Origin: Octopus bimaculoides | Taxonomy: Eukaryota | DNA length: 64,000 nt | Assembly (NCBI RefSeq): GCF_001194135.2 | Contig: NC_068981.1 | Location: forward strand, 25,947,864-26,011,863 | Reading direction: 5' to 3' | Shown here: piece after piece, positions 40,506 to 54,668 of the stretch | How the letters are laid out: each line of letters starts with the position of its first letter | Position numbering within the stretch: the first letter of the stretch is position 1 | Position numbers and translations under genes: made by a program | Notes under the pieces: model-generated | Told to the model about the DNA's origin: nothing | The model's input: the letters and a program-made list of their open reading frames with translations, nothing else | The model's database searches: none

Positions 40506-42429
40506 TGTTGTTTTAGTTATTAAGTGGGTGAAGTGACAGAATGATTAGCAGGCTGGAGTACATAAGTAGCAGCATTTCATCTAAATCAACGTTGTAAGTT
40601 AAAGTTCACTTCAGACTTGATAAACTGAAGTACCATTGGAAACGTGATGCAATCAGCTAATCTCTTCCGCAAGTTTCGTTCCTCAGGCCAATATTGGAAA
40701 TAATTATTCAGAACGATGCATCGGAAGAATTTGTTACTGTGTCGGCAAAACCCAGATACGGTGTTCATTCAAGTACATTGCATTTTGAATTCAAATTCAA
40801 CCGAAGTTAAATTTATCTTTCTTCCATCTGGAATCGATAAACAAAATACCAGACTAGTGTCGGAGGTTTTGTAATCTGTTATTTTGAACCTGATGCACAC
40901 CTTTACAACTCTTCCTGAAATATGAGAATTTATATCTATGTACCAATTTTTTTTTTTTTTTTTTTGCAATTCATAGACAAAAGGCATGCCTCGAAGCCGA
41001 TTGTCTTATATTAAAAGCTATTCTCTCAAAAGAAAATTCAATATGTTGAATAAATTTCGTTACTATCAGTTTAGAGAAGAACGAGTGATTTAGTTGTTAT
41101 AGGTGTTCGCTATATGTGAAAAATTGGCTTATGATTTTCTGTCGGGTTTCCGTATAACCACGGATTAAAGGGATATAAGTCCTAAAATTCTAAGAACTAA
41201 ATCTCCGGATTAATACAGTAAGTAAAATTGAAAATATTCTGTGTATTAGAATCATTTATCAAAATAACACTTTTATGAATAATGCTCCACAACACTGGTA
41301 TGAAGAGTGTCAACACAAATCATGAATTAATATTAGTATTATTAAATATTAATAAGAAAATGATATAAACAATAAGAAAAAGTGAACAAAGGCTTCTCAA
41401 TGTATTCGTTTGATTAGTTAGAAGTAGTGAACAAATATCCCTGAAATCAAATATTTCCGTATTTAAAATGGAAAAACGCAATGGATTGTACAATCCAAGA
41501 TACTTTATGGAAATGCTGAAAGGCTTCGATTCATCGTTCATCTTGATCAAGGCTAATCTAAGATAAACATCATCACCAACAACAACGCGAACAACAATAG
41601 CAGCAGCAACAATCAGAACAGCAATGATATTAGCAATAATGAACAGTAGTGAAACCTGTGGCAGTAAAAATGGATGTGCATATTCATCGTTTACGTAAAT
41701 ATAATGGCTGAGAAGTAACAAAGGCAAAAAGTATCGATAAAAGGAGTGAAGAAAATATATAACTTAGCCAAATAGAATATATCAACTTTGGTAGTATACC
41801 CTTATCTCGTTTACTTCTTTTGTTTCAATGTTGTTCAGGCTTATAAATACGTAATGAGGACATAAAGAACAAAAGGTAATACATGTTTTGTTTTCTTGAT
41901 ATTTCCCTTCAACAGCGCGATTACGTTATTGTTATTGGAAATCAGATTAAGTGATTTTAGTTCCAATACAAATATTCGTTGAAGCATTTACGACATAAAT
42001 GGCAGAGAATTTTGCCGAGTCGCATATGATTTGCGAGATTAGAAGGAATATAAATTATCAAATATATCACGTTCAGTAAAGCCAGTTAATATCGGAAATA
42101 GTTATATGATTTCACCGACGTGGGAAGCCATAACGATGATAGGGTTAAAAGTTTGTTTAAAGTATTACAAATAAGCCACCATTAATGCCATACATTGTAG
42201 CAATAGTGATCAAGGCTAGCAGACATCTTAAAATTAGGTTTTATGTTGAAATAAACAGGTTTTACAAATGCACTGACCCTTTCATTAGTTATTAAAACCA
42301 ACTACATGATATGCATACATACATGCATACACACACAGCTCTCTCTCTCTCACACACACGCATATATATTTATATAATACATATACATGTACACCAGATG
42401 CTGCTGCATATCAGTGGTCTCAATGAACT

Positions 42430-42600
42430 TCGCATTGTTTCATCTATCAAATGACGCCAGGCCAGTGACTAGGCGAGCAGGCCAAACTCCCCCTATCATT
42501 GAAAGGCGACTGAAGCAGCATGAAATAAAATGCTTTGCTCAAAAACACAACGCGCTGCCCGGTCTGGGAGTCGAACCCATACCTAGTGATCGTCGCCAAA
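42430..42600 (-). mobile_element. tRNA-derived SINE fragment, third family; related copy at about 54240-54370
   Basis: TTTGCTCAAAAACACAACGCGCTGCCCGGTCTGGGAGTCGAACCC (rc GGGTTCGACTCCC, B-box); TTTTGCTCAAGAAC..CACCCGG is shared at 54300. Confidence 0.6.
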
Positions 42601-43758
42601 TCAATGATGTAATGTTCTTGGACAAATTACTTCTTTCACCTTGCTCCACGTTACTCATCTCGTGAATATATACTACTCAGTGCTAGTATAGCCCTCTCTG
42701 TATTTCTTTCTCCTCCTCCTCCTCCTCTCTCACTCTCTCTTTCTCCCACTCACTCTCTCTTTGTCCCGCGTTTCTCATTCCACCAGATCAAGAGTTAAAA
42801 AGCCAAAGGTTTTTTCAGTATTGGACAACTAAAAATTAATGAAAGTACGGTACATGTTATCAAATCATACTGGTTTGCGACCGACATCATTGTTTTCTTC
42901 CATCCCCCCCCCAAAAAAAAAAAACAACCATGGTTTTTGTTCACATCTTAAATTTTAATTAACTTGTTAATTAATAAATTAATTATTGACTGATTGCTTT
43001 TGGAAAGACTTTCTATACACAGACTTGACCTTTTTTAATAATTTCTTATTCCTTGAATAGAGATGTTCTCTTCTTTCTGAATCGCAAGAACTGAACACAT
43101 GGTGTGTGGGGGAGTATATTGAAAAACCGATCAATAATTAATTAATCAGTTTACTAATTAATTAACAATAAAACAAGGACTGAGATGAGTGCCTATGATT
43201 TAATTGAAAGAAGGAAGAATTAAAAGTCCAAAAGTAAACGTATATGTATGCATGTATTTACACAAGCAGATTCGTTCGTTCCCCGTCCTCATATATATAT
43301 ATATATATATATATATANNNNNNNNNNNNNNNNNNNNNNNNNNNNNNNNNNNNNNNNNNNNNNNNNNNNNNNNNNNNNNNNNNNNNNNNNNNNNNNNNNN
43401 NNNNNNNNNNNNNNNNNNNNNNNNNNNNNNNNNNNNNNNNNNNNNNNNNNNNNNNNNNNNNNNNNNNNNNNNNNNNNNNNNNNNNNNNNNNNNNNNNNNN
43501 NNNNNNNNNNNNNNNNNNNNNNNNNNNNNNNNNNNNNNNNNNNNNNNNNNNNNNNNNNNNNNNNNNNNNNNNNNNNNNNNNNNNNNNNNNNNNTATATAT
43601 ATATATATATATCTGGGGGAACGTATATAGGTTCACATATACACAGTGTTCGAGATAAATTTGACAGTTTGCATAAAGGGAAAAGGAAACACACCATCCT
43701 GTCAAAAATAACGTATTTAGAAGAAAATGCAATTTGACTATCATACCATGATAACTGT

Positions 43759-44235
43759 TTATTCAACGCAGACGTCCTTTCCAGCTACTATAGTCTCAAG
43801 ACGGTTCCGAAACCTGGCGCATGCGTTCATCCCTAAGTCCCTGGGCAGGTCTTTGAACACATCCTTGATCTTGGCTTCAAACTCGGCCTTGGTGTTGCGA
43901 AGAGAACGGTCGATGCCTTTCTAAACTGCGCTCTACACATTGTAATCATTACGCTTAAGATCGGGGCGTGGGTGTAGGAGGTCGGAAATCGGGGCTGGAG
44001 AAATCATAGAAATTCACCGACAACCACTTCTGATCATTTCTAGAGGCATGGCAAGGAGCCGAATCGTGTTACCAAACATCTAGCCTTATAGCAACAGCCC
44101 TCTCCAGCAAGGGATTGACCAGTCTTCACCATCTTCTCTTACTTCATTGAATAGAGTCTAAGGCCCTGTTCGAAGATGTAGGTATGAGGTCCAGCAGTCA
44201 GAACTCAGGCTGGGAAGTCAACGTCCTATCCAGAG
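43759..44235 (-). mobile_element. Second maT (DD37D-like) transposase relic
   Basis: HIFEQGLRL, HDSAPCHASRNDQKWLSVNFYDF..RPP..PDLKRNDY (about 37 residues between the two Asp after removing a small frameshift), ACARFRNRLETIVAG..E*. Confidence 0.82.
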
Positions 44236-44286
44236 AAGCACACACATATTCCTGCTGATCTCCCCCTTTCTGTATATATATATGTA

Positions 44287-44324
<38 letters not shown>

Positions 44325-44342
44325 CGCATACACATCCTCATG

Positions 44343-44578
44343 TGTGAACTTGGAACTTAACAGGTGAATACATATAGCGCTTACTCAGCGTACCTATTCA
44401 TTTAGATCACCAGTAGGCTAAGCCTCTNNNNNNNNNNNNNNNNNNNNNNNNNNNNNNNNNNNNNNNNNNNNNNNNNNNNNNNNNNNNNNNNNNNNNNNNN
44501 NNNNNNNNNNNNNNNNNNNNNNNNNNNNNNNNNNNNNNNNNNNNNNNNNNNNNNNNNNNNNNNNNNNNNNNNNNNNNN

Positions 44579-44614
<36 letters not shown>

Positions 44615-44697
44615 CGAGGGGCTTAGCTCACTTGTGGTCTAAATGAATAAGTACACTAAGTACAATAATTGGTCATCCTTTTGGTTCCAAGTTCACA
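44343..44697. repeat. Foldback element: ~85-bp inverted arms around an N gap and (AG)n
   Basis: The outer 14 bp TGTGAACTTGGAAC match perfectly, and the inner 46 bp match at 38 positions between 44343-44427 and rc(44617-44697). Confidence 0.85.
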
Positions 44698-45258
44698 GCC
44701 GAAGCTCGAGCTAGAGATCCGTATTAGGCTTCAGTGTTAGCAGGTATGTATTATATTAGAGGAAAAAGAACCACAAAACCCAAGGCAGGACGAGTATCTC
44801 AAGTCATAGGGCAGCATGTCCGTACACTGGATATGCCGTCATCAGAGACAAGGTGAGTATGCATGAAAAATCTAGACTGGGAAATTCACAGATTTGTAAG
44901 GAATAGAAGTTATCAGGGTTTATAACTAAAGGCCTATACCTTCACGTATGTACGGACCAATCTTCATACTGTCTGGAAAAAAAGAAGAAGTGTAAACTTT
45001 ATTCTCATGTCTCTATTCTATCTACTTTTACTCTTTATTCTTCTATTTTATTACTTGAATTTCCCTGACTAAAATTGTCATGCATATTCACCTTGTTTCT
45101 GATGACAAAATACCCAGTGTAGAAACATGCTACCCTATCGCTTGGGGTACCCAGAAACAGCTGTAACACTTCAGATTCATTTTAGCTTTATTAAATTAGT
45201 CTAAATGACTTCAGACACTCGACCAACTTCGGTTTTTCTGATCCTTTTTCCTTTACTA

Positions 45259-45331
<73 letters not shown>

Positions 45332-48074
45332 ATGTGAGTTTGTTTTAGTAGTGGCGATATATTCGGTGTTATTTTCTGTCATGTAAAGGTTTTTAAAGTT
45401 GCAGTCAATAATGTAACATATACATGTAAACAGACTTAACACACTTATATACACACATACATACATGCATGTGTGTGTGTTTTTGTGTGTGTGTGCGTTT
45501 GTGTGTTTGTGTGTCTTTGTATGGGGGTGGAGTGCACGCGCTCGAGGTGTTGTTATTGTTTTTGTTGTTTCGAGCCCATTCTTCTATGCTTAAGTAGAGA
45601 TTCATCATCAATGGACTTCTAGCCATAATTGTGTTTATTTTGATAATGCACTAGTTTCCAATGTAGCCCCCCCCCCACTTTTTTTGAAGCGATAAGGTGG
45701 TATTTAACGTATATCAATATCTGTTATATTTGAATAGGTGGTCCACCACGTCGAGACTGAGTCGTTGGCTCGTCTTGAACTGGGATGTTGTATTGAGTGC
45801 TGCACGGTGATCTTCTTATACATTTTCACACTATGCTAATATATGCCTATAGATTCTGCTGAGGGCGAGACGCTGTGAAGACAATAAAAGTAGGCTACGT
45901 TACTACAGTACAATAGATGCTTTTTCACTCCCACAATTAAAATGATTTCTTTCCCTCAAGATTACTTGTTAATTGCTTAGGTAGAAGGGAATAAACTAAA
46001 AAGGTATTTTTATATTGAAGGCATTTCTGTATGAGTCTCATTTATTTTTTTGTCAGACACTTATAGGAAGTATAGCGAATTTACAACGGCGTAATAATGC
46101 ATATTTATATAGTGACAACATCAGGAGGGTTTGGAGTTTTCAACAGCATTAAATCATTTTACATCTTAATTAGGCTTTTTTGTACATTCTCAGTCTATAC
46201 TGCTATGCTGTTGATCGAAGATGTGTTGAGTTCTACTACGAACCATAATTGTTATATTGAAAGTGTTTGTCAAAGGATTGCTGACGTTTCTGAAAATGTG
46301 CTTGTTTTGTATGTCGATATGTTAATTCTTTGCGATAAAAACAAACTACTGAAAGATTATTTGTCATGTGGTTGATGTAGCAGATGTATGGAACAAAAGA
46401 GCTTGTCAGTTGACAAGATTTCGTAATCAGCAAGGCGAAATACTTGATAATGTAGTGTATGTTGTTTAAGATGCAAGGGGAGTTTTGTTGCAATGCAAAC
46501 GATCTCCCTTTGTCTTCCATATCCATCACTCATTGTGCGTATTGAAGTCTTTCTTTAAAACTCTGAGCCTGTAAATGCTTTGTAATTAGGTCGTGATTAA
46601 TTGCCGAATGATTAGTGAGTTCATTAATAGGTATACATATACTTAAGAATAAGTTCTGAGTTGTCGAATTGTTACACTGTTATATTGTCTTTCCTTATAA
46701 GTATTCGTGTCTAAATTGTCGCATATATCTACTGATTGTGAAGTTATCAATGTTATGAAACGTGCAAGATAAAAGGAACTCGTCTTTCAGAATTTATAAC
46801 TTAATATAGGTTCATAGAATCGGTTTCCCAGATCTTTTCAACAACACATTACACATTTACAATGTACCGATCTCACGTTCACGACGTTGATGAGGACGTA
46901 GTGACATGGGATTTTCTGTGCCACTTGAGTGGAATGAATATTATAGAGATATCCTTCTAAAATACACGCTTATCGGTTTTATCTCCGTTGCTGTTTCAAA
47001 CAGTAGTGGCATAACTGCTAACAGCGCACAGCATTTTGTTTGTCTATTTTATACCGGCTGAAGTCGAAAGTTATCACAAATATTTAAATGTATTGAAAGC
47101 TTACAGAAGATAAATATATAAGTATATATTTTCTAAATGTAAACGTTATTATTTCTAAATCTCTCAAAGAGAGATATTCAATAACAGTACTTCAAAAAGT
47201 AAAGACTATTTGCTAACATAATGTGGCAGTCCTGGATGGGACTAATGTTACTGTTGTTTTCTTTACTGTATATTTTCTTTATATGGTCATATTTGAAATT
47301 TGTCATTTTCGTTTATTAATTCCGCATGGATATTGGTTATAGCTTTAAGTAATTCCTAATTAACAAACACTTAATTTGAGAGATCACTTTGATTAAATAG
47401 CTTAGAATGAGATCCATGTGTGCCTAGTTGCAACATAAATCTCTATTCGGTATTTCAAGGTGTACAACCAATATCTTTTCTCTTAGAAAACTCGGCAATG
47501 TAAGATATTTTCGGCTGTATTTGACCGTGCATACTTCATTCTTTGGAGATAATAATAAAGTAAAATATACGCATGATTTCTTTATATAGGGATATTGGAA
47601 ATCCAGTGTTTTTAGTTTATTTAGATAAAATTACAATTAACTGCAACTGACTTCTGATTGATTCCAGAAGAGTTTCAGCGAATGAAGAAATGCCACAATT
47701 TGATGCTTGAAAGGCTAACTAATGAGGTGTATAACGGATTTTCTCTTGTTTTCGTCTATCAAATTCCTTTCATAAGGTATCTGGTATCCTGAAGATATGA
47801 TAAACGTTACTTACCCATTGCAACACATAGAAAGTCAGAATCAAGTGTTTGCAAACTGAACTTCTAGCCATACAGCCATTCCCATACAACCATTTATTTA
47901 TAATTTCGTAAAATAAACTGTGAAGAGCTTGTTCGAGTTTATAACATCTCCGTAGCGTTTGTTGAAGTAGTTTAAATTTTATACTTTTATAATGTTACTT
48001 TAAATCATTACTGCTATGTTACTGTATGTTTAGTTTATGCTACATATCTTATAGATGCCGTGTTTGAATTGTAG

Positions 48075-48282
48075 TATGGTGGTTGTTTCTGTGGTTGCGG
48101 CAGGAGTTGAGAAGTTTAGCAGCAAAAGAATGGGAATAATTCTCTCCTTTTTGTGCTGCGATTTGCTTGTGAGTGAGGGCATGCATGTTTAAATGAAGTT
48201 TCGGTATTTTGTGCTATTTGCGAGCGTGTGTCTGAAATATTAATTTCGTTTCGAAATGCACATCGTTTTGTGTAGGGACATC
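48075..48282 (-). mobile_element. Decayed Penelope-like GIY-YIG endonuclease fragment
   Basis: CPYTKRC...TETSFKT and LLNSCRNHRN resemble CP..G.C, YIG.TE..FK.R and the C-terminal LLN...CRH.N of PLEs. Confidence 0.45.
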
Positions 48283-48520
48283 ACCTCTGAATGGTTGTCA
48301 TTCTTGTCTCGAATACTATGTTCTGCTCTCTTTGGTCAGAGTAGTTTTCTGTTTCGAAGGTTCATTGTTTGACCGCTATTCGAACCGTTGAATATCTCAT
48401 TTTTGTTTCTAGTTGTTAAACTAGAAAATCACTATTTAAAACTATTATTCACTGTAACATTTCTTTATGTCTCTCACTCTCTCATTTTCCATCTCTCTCC
48501 CTCCTCCCTCCGTCTCTCCC

Positions 48521-48551
<31 letters not shown>

Positions 48552-51509
48552 GAGAGTGTTTTGGAGGGCTTTTTGTTAGTAGAGGTACGAGGTTGAGCGA
48601 GTGTGTGGTTGATTCTTTCTTTGGCTGGGAGAGCACCTTCACTCATTCGTAAGAACATTTCATGCACCGCTGCTCATTGAATCAATTCTATACCTCTGCC
48701 AAATATGCAGATGTTTGTTTTTTTGTAAAATAAAATATTGATTTATTAAAAAACACTAACATAATGATAATTTTAGTATGTAAATTGAATTCATACACAT
48801 TGATGTGTAAAAGAAAAGCAGTAAAATATAATAAAAAAATTCACTGGCAACTTAAAAAACGAAATTAATAAAAACTCTTAAAATTGTAGAAATACAAACT
48901 TTTGCTTCACAAGAAATACGAAAAAGTGATCTTTCCACTGGTTTATATCATTTTTATTTTTTTTAATACAGCATAAAAATTCTGCCGTTTTTGTCGATGA
49001 AATTATAATAAAAAACTACATCAAAGTAATTTTATAGTTTAATCATATCAAATATTATTATATAGCAATCTTATGTATTCGTGTAATTTATGTCCGCATA
49101 TTCGCATATTGGGGTGTGTATTTTGGTTTATGTAATCTATTTATCGCTTTTTTTATTGATAAATGATAAACTATAATTGAAACCCATTTTACACTTTGCT
49201 GGAAATTGCATGTGGCCAAATAATTTTGGTGCCGGACGACGAGTTGATAAAATAACGGTGCATGTATGCTTCAATCTGCACTGCATTGGATGTGTGACCA
49301 AAATCCATAACCCTATGTAGTGCTAAGCGGTCTTCCTCGCGATCATTTGACGTGTAATATCATACATGCGGTTGTATCAAAAAATAGGCACGTTGGATAA
49401 ATTTAAATCAACAAGTTTAAAAAGAAAAGAAACGGAACGTTATGTCATCGTGATAGCAACCTCTGATCATAGATCTGGTTTCAAACTGAGTTGGACTGAA
49501 ATAATAAGAACAAAAAGTTTCCTATAGCAACGTTCATCTAGCCTTAAGTAGCTATTAACACTAAGGCAGTCGAGTGACATAAACGTTAGAACGACGAGAA
49601 ATGCATTGCGGTAATGTACCTACTTATTGCGTTCTAGGTTAGAACACAGGTGAAATGATCTTCGTATTTGATCTGACAGGGATCGATAAATAAAGTCCCA
49701 AACAAGCGCCGGAAAGTTTTTTTCTTTTCTTTTCTCTCACAATCTGCTTCAATGAGATATGAAATTTCCTCGCGAATCGAGTGCTCCTTTCTGTTGGGAA
49801 ATGGTAAGAGATTTAGCAACAAGATAGCAACTTATTTTGCATTAAAAAAAACAAAAAAAAAACATCCAAATAACCAAGGAACATAGCAGGTGTTGACGGA
49901 CTGATATGCTCTTCAGCACAAAACGGTACAAAAGAAAATTTAATGAAGTATAAGAGAATTATATGTCGTGATTCTGTCCCGAAAACCGTTAACTAGATTT
50001 AATTCTTATGTTTTTAACATCTACTATGCAAAGTTTACCAACAACACAATGTATTTGGCAAGTATTCATATATATTTATTGAAACATGTTTCTAAATGTT
50101 GTTTATTGTATAATTTTAATTAATGTTTAGACATATTTTTTTATAACGTGAATTTCAAAGAGATTGAATTTCATGCTTTTAAATTTCCTTCACTGTCAGG
50201 CACAGTATATAATTATTTCATAGATTGTCTTATTATTTGTATGCTTCAGTAAATGTTTTATGTAACGATATAAAATAAACATCGTTTTATATATTAGTGA
50301 TGTTCCAATCGCTGCTATAAAGAAATGTTTAAACTCTCTGTTGTTTTAAATTTGGATTAAAACAACTGAGAATTATTATTGTATCAGTTACTGAAACATT
50401 TTAATACATTTTTCTATTCAGTACAAATCTGCCAAAAGTATTTCAGGTGAGATTTCCTTTTGCTTTCTCAATTGTACATTAACAAAACAGAGACTGAATT
50501 CTCATAAAAATTAACTCTCATACAGAATAATAGAACAAGTAGGAAGATTGCTATTAGTGGTAGTGTAAGAAATATAATTTACATGTACAATGTATAATTG
50601 TTAACAACGCCAATTCACGTTCCTTAATATCTGGATGTGTGATAAAACATTCACTCATATGATAAAGCTGTGTACGTCTATATTTAAAACCTTATGTACT
50701 CTCAAACATGGAAGAACTTCGTTGCAGTAATTATTTCGGAAAATAAATTATCGTTATAGATTATGTATATAAAAAGAAACACATGTGCTGTGGATGACGT
50801 CCGCGGATTGTAAAATACCTATATATGCGCGGTTACGCTTCATCAGTAACACACAGATTTAGTCACTCACAAACCAATAAGAAATTCTTTTAATATATAA
50901 ACGAGAAGAAATACACTTGTTGGTAGGTGCTGAGCTTTTTCAGGCTTTAATTAAATGAAGGCACATTAAGCAACAAAGATTGGGGATATTCCCATTTAAC
51001 ACTGTTTCATACATTGAGTCAAATAATAATTGATTTTAAAACAGATAATTAGTTATAAGTCTAAGAAGCAGTCTAATTCGTAGATGTGTTTTAGATGTAA
51101 GCTATATCTGATCGAGGACATCAAATAGATTAAAGTAGTTACGCAACCTACTTTTTATTCAGGTAGTATATCTAGGGCTAACATATGCATTGTGTCTATT
51201 ATTTGTGTCAGTAGAATACGACTCGAGAATATATTTTTGCTAATAATGAATGACGGCTTAGACTTTCGCTGTTTCACGCATCTGGCTCATAGGTTAACTA
51301 TATTTTACTAACAAAGAAATCGATCATTTGTATTGTACACTATCGTTAAAGTTATCTCTTTAGCCAAGGTCAGTCATGACTGAACTTTCAATCCTTTCTT
51401 TTAATGTAGGATAATATCGCCATTAGCAGCCATAATGTAGGAAATTATCTTCAGACATGAGACCTGTAACAGCTTGGCATCCACTAAAATCTTGCTAAGA
51501 TCAGGCAGT

Positions 51510-52090
51510 GGTGTTACAAAGAGAACATACAGTTCATTTACGCAAAGGTACGATACAGTTTCTATCTCTGTATCGAATTTCAGTTACTATGCTTGATCAA
51601 TTTGTCGCTATCGTCATTAACACATGTGTAAGGCGTCTCACGCCAATAAAGTTGCCGCACCCAGGAATAATAACCAAGCCGGGACCAGCATCACAGAGAA
51701 CATCACCGAAGATCCCGGAACCACCGCTATGGATAATGAACAAATCATAGATGTAGATGAAGTGACCAGTACAAGCGCTGCACCTAGAAATAATGACGTA
51801 TCCAAAGCAACCGACTTGGAAGAGGTATCTGCCGTTTCCAGTTCCGCTACCTCAGATGAGGACCAAACATACATTTTCGATAACGATGGGATGACCAACC
51901 CCGCGCCATAAGGTACCAAGTGTGTGAATAAAGCCACATCCCATGTTTATAAATATATTGGTTCGGCGAGTACTTCGTTCAAGAAACGTTTTCTTAACCA
52001 ACAGTCATCTTTCAGAGTCCCAGAAAGAGTTCCGTCTCTTGCCCGCCATATGTGGAACCGCAAAGATTGAGGGTCCCCGTGTGATGTTAG
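51510..52090 (+). mobile_element. Penelope-type GIY-YIG endonuclease relic preceded in frame by an acidic repeat-containing linker
   Basis: The frame of ORF 51624-51911 continues past a TAA into GTKCVNKATSHVYKYIGSASTSFKKRFLNQQSSFR...SLARHMWNRKD*G; upstream SHANKV resembles the PLE S HN.K motif. Confidence 0.7.
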
Positions 52091-52096
52091 GTATGA

Positions 52097-52127
<31 letters not shown>

Positions 52128-52158
52128 NNNNNNNNNNNNNNNNNNNNNNNNNNNNNNN

Positions 52159-52203
<45 letters not shown>

Positions 52204-54519
52204 ATGTGCGTGTGCGTGTGTAAACAATTGCAGCGTGGACAGTGTTCATAAGCCATTTAAAAACACACAAAATTCGTTAGATTCATTTCAACATTAAAAT
52301 TAAATTTGTCAAAATATTTTCGTCACTTCGAAACCGCGACCTGTTCAATGACAAAATTCCTTGCTGCATCATATATATATATATATATATTTATGAGTTC
52401 TTACATGCTTATATACATGTGTCTGTGTGCATATGTATGTTTGTATATTGATATTGGTGTTGCTATATGAGTGATATACTTGTGTAATTTACGACTGATA
52501 TGTATGTTGCTTTTGTTAGTGATGTTTGTTTCTTCATTTTGGGGAGTGTACAATCGCAATAAAAATTGTGCATAACATGGTTGACCGTAGGAATTTTACT
52601 ATGATCTCAAAATGATTAGACACCACAGTTATGTGGTCAAAGAAAATAAAACTATTCATTTCCTAAAGTAACAAGTCTTATTGCCTAATTCTCGAATGAG
52701 TAGAAAAAGTATTTATTGTGTAGTTGCCTCTCAAACTATTTGATATATCGCATATTAGAATTTGTTAAAGAAAATACAAGAACTAAAAGTTTAAAAAAAT
52801 GTACGATTGATAAAAGAAACGAAAATAAAATGAAATATTACTGCAGGATTATTCTGAAAGATATTGGAAATATTAAGAGATTAGTAAGTACTTTATATTT
52901 TTCCAGTTATATTTTTTGTTTGGTGAGGAGTAGATACTGGGTTCCAGTACATGGTAATATAATTTTATTTTCTAATAACACCATGATATAAAATATGAAA
53001 TATCATTTAAAGACACCGGTCGATAAACAAATATTAAAGAAAAGTTCTTGATGATTTCTGTAGTTCTTTATTTTTTCCCCCCTTTTCTGTCTTTGATATT
53101 TGTTTATCTTGTTTAATATATTCAATAGATGCAGATAGAAGTTTGTGTTGCAAGTTTATTTATAGAATAAGAAGAATGAGTACGATTTGGAAATGTTATC
53201 TCGAACACTGAATTCGATTAAAAATGGTTGCACATTGATGTGTTTATGATGTTAACTACAAGATACATAACATTCTTGGGTTATTAAAGATGCAAATGTG
53301 TTTCTCTACTCTAAAGTCTATTGGGAATAATCATTTTAGTTGGTGGAATATTGAACAGGAATACTTGAATATAATTGTAGTATGTACACTATCGTATGAA
53401 TATCATTGACAACTTAGTGACCATTGAGCGCCATGTTTCAAATAGTGTGAATATTAAATCGCACATGACCGAGTGTACGGGAAGAAGCACTCGAAATATA
53501 GGCTTTACTAAAGTAGAAACGGTATGTAGATTATATGTCTGTATATTTGTGAATTTGTATGTGTGTGTGCATGCGTGTGTGCATGTGTGTGTGTGTAAGG
53601 AAGAGAGAGGTCAGGACACACATAACCGGGCAGAGACATACTTCTGATAACCATGTAACCTAGAACAACCAGTTGCGCTGTCGACTTTGAGGCAATTAAG
53701 CTATTATCCTACCCTCCAAGCTTGTTTGATGACGAGAGTGACTTGAGATAACTTTCTGGATTACAAATTTGCCAAAGGACGGATGAAAGCAAGAGAGTCA
53801 ACAGCCACCCAATACAGTGAATATATGCGTTTGCATATGCGTTCATTTACATATGTTTATAAATTCACAAGAAGCACTCACCTGATACCGTTTGTGTTCG
53901 AATGTCTTGAACACTGTAGGTCTTGTGCTGCTCAAGCTTTTTTACAATAAGATTTGATATGCAAATACTAAATCCAATAATGTTTTGGTGTTCGTGAAAC
54001 TCTAAACAAGCAATAAACATTCTGTTAACGTATATCATGTGTCGTGTGCAACTAGGTCAATGAAATACCGTTTTTCGGTATTTTCCGAAGATTCCTCGTT
54101 CATATTATTTAAGGAAGATGTAAAACAGGGAGAGCATTCGCGGTCTTCCGCTAACCTTTGCAGTTAAACTCTGTATTGTGCCTGTTCAGTTCGTTTTAGT
54201 TTTATTACCTTCATATTGTATATATTCATAATGAAAGAAATACAGACACCGGAGGACTACTCATTTTTGCCAGTTGATTAGACTAGAAGAACGTGGAATG
54301 AAGTGTTTTGCTCAAGAACTCGACGCATCACCCGGTACAGAAATAGAAACAACAACTTCGCAATCATGCGTACAAAACCACGTATCTCTACAAATTGTAT
54401 ATAATGTACTCAATCTTCATTACCTTCTAAGTTGAGAAATCAATTTAGTTGGATCACATAGATTGTTATATGTTAGAAATATTGATTTCAAATTTTGTCA
54501 TAAGTCCAGGTATATTGCG

Positions 54520-54668
54520 GGAAATGTGTTGAGTCGATTACAGCGACCCCGATGTTTAACTGGTACTTATTTTATCGACCTTGAAAGAGATCAAAGGCAA
54601 AGTCGATGTTGACCGAATTTGAACGCATTTTGCTCGGCGTGCTAACGATTCCGCCAGCTCGCCGCCTT
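54520..54668 (-). mobile_element. SINE family B copy
   Basis: GAGTCGATTAC..CTGGTACTTATTTTATCGACC..AAAGGCAAAGTCGA..CTAACGATTCCGCCAGCTCGCCGCC. Confidence 0.75.

Noticed and set aside
42950-43170. (TTAA)-rich imperfect inverted repeat
   Set aside because: The similarity is mostly low-complexity A/T; no defined termini or TSD.
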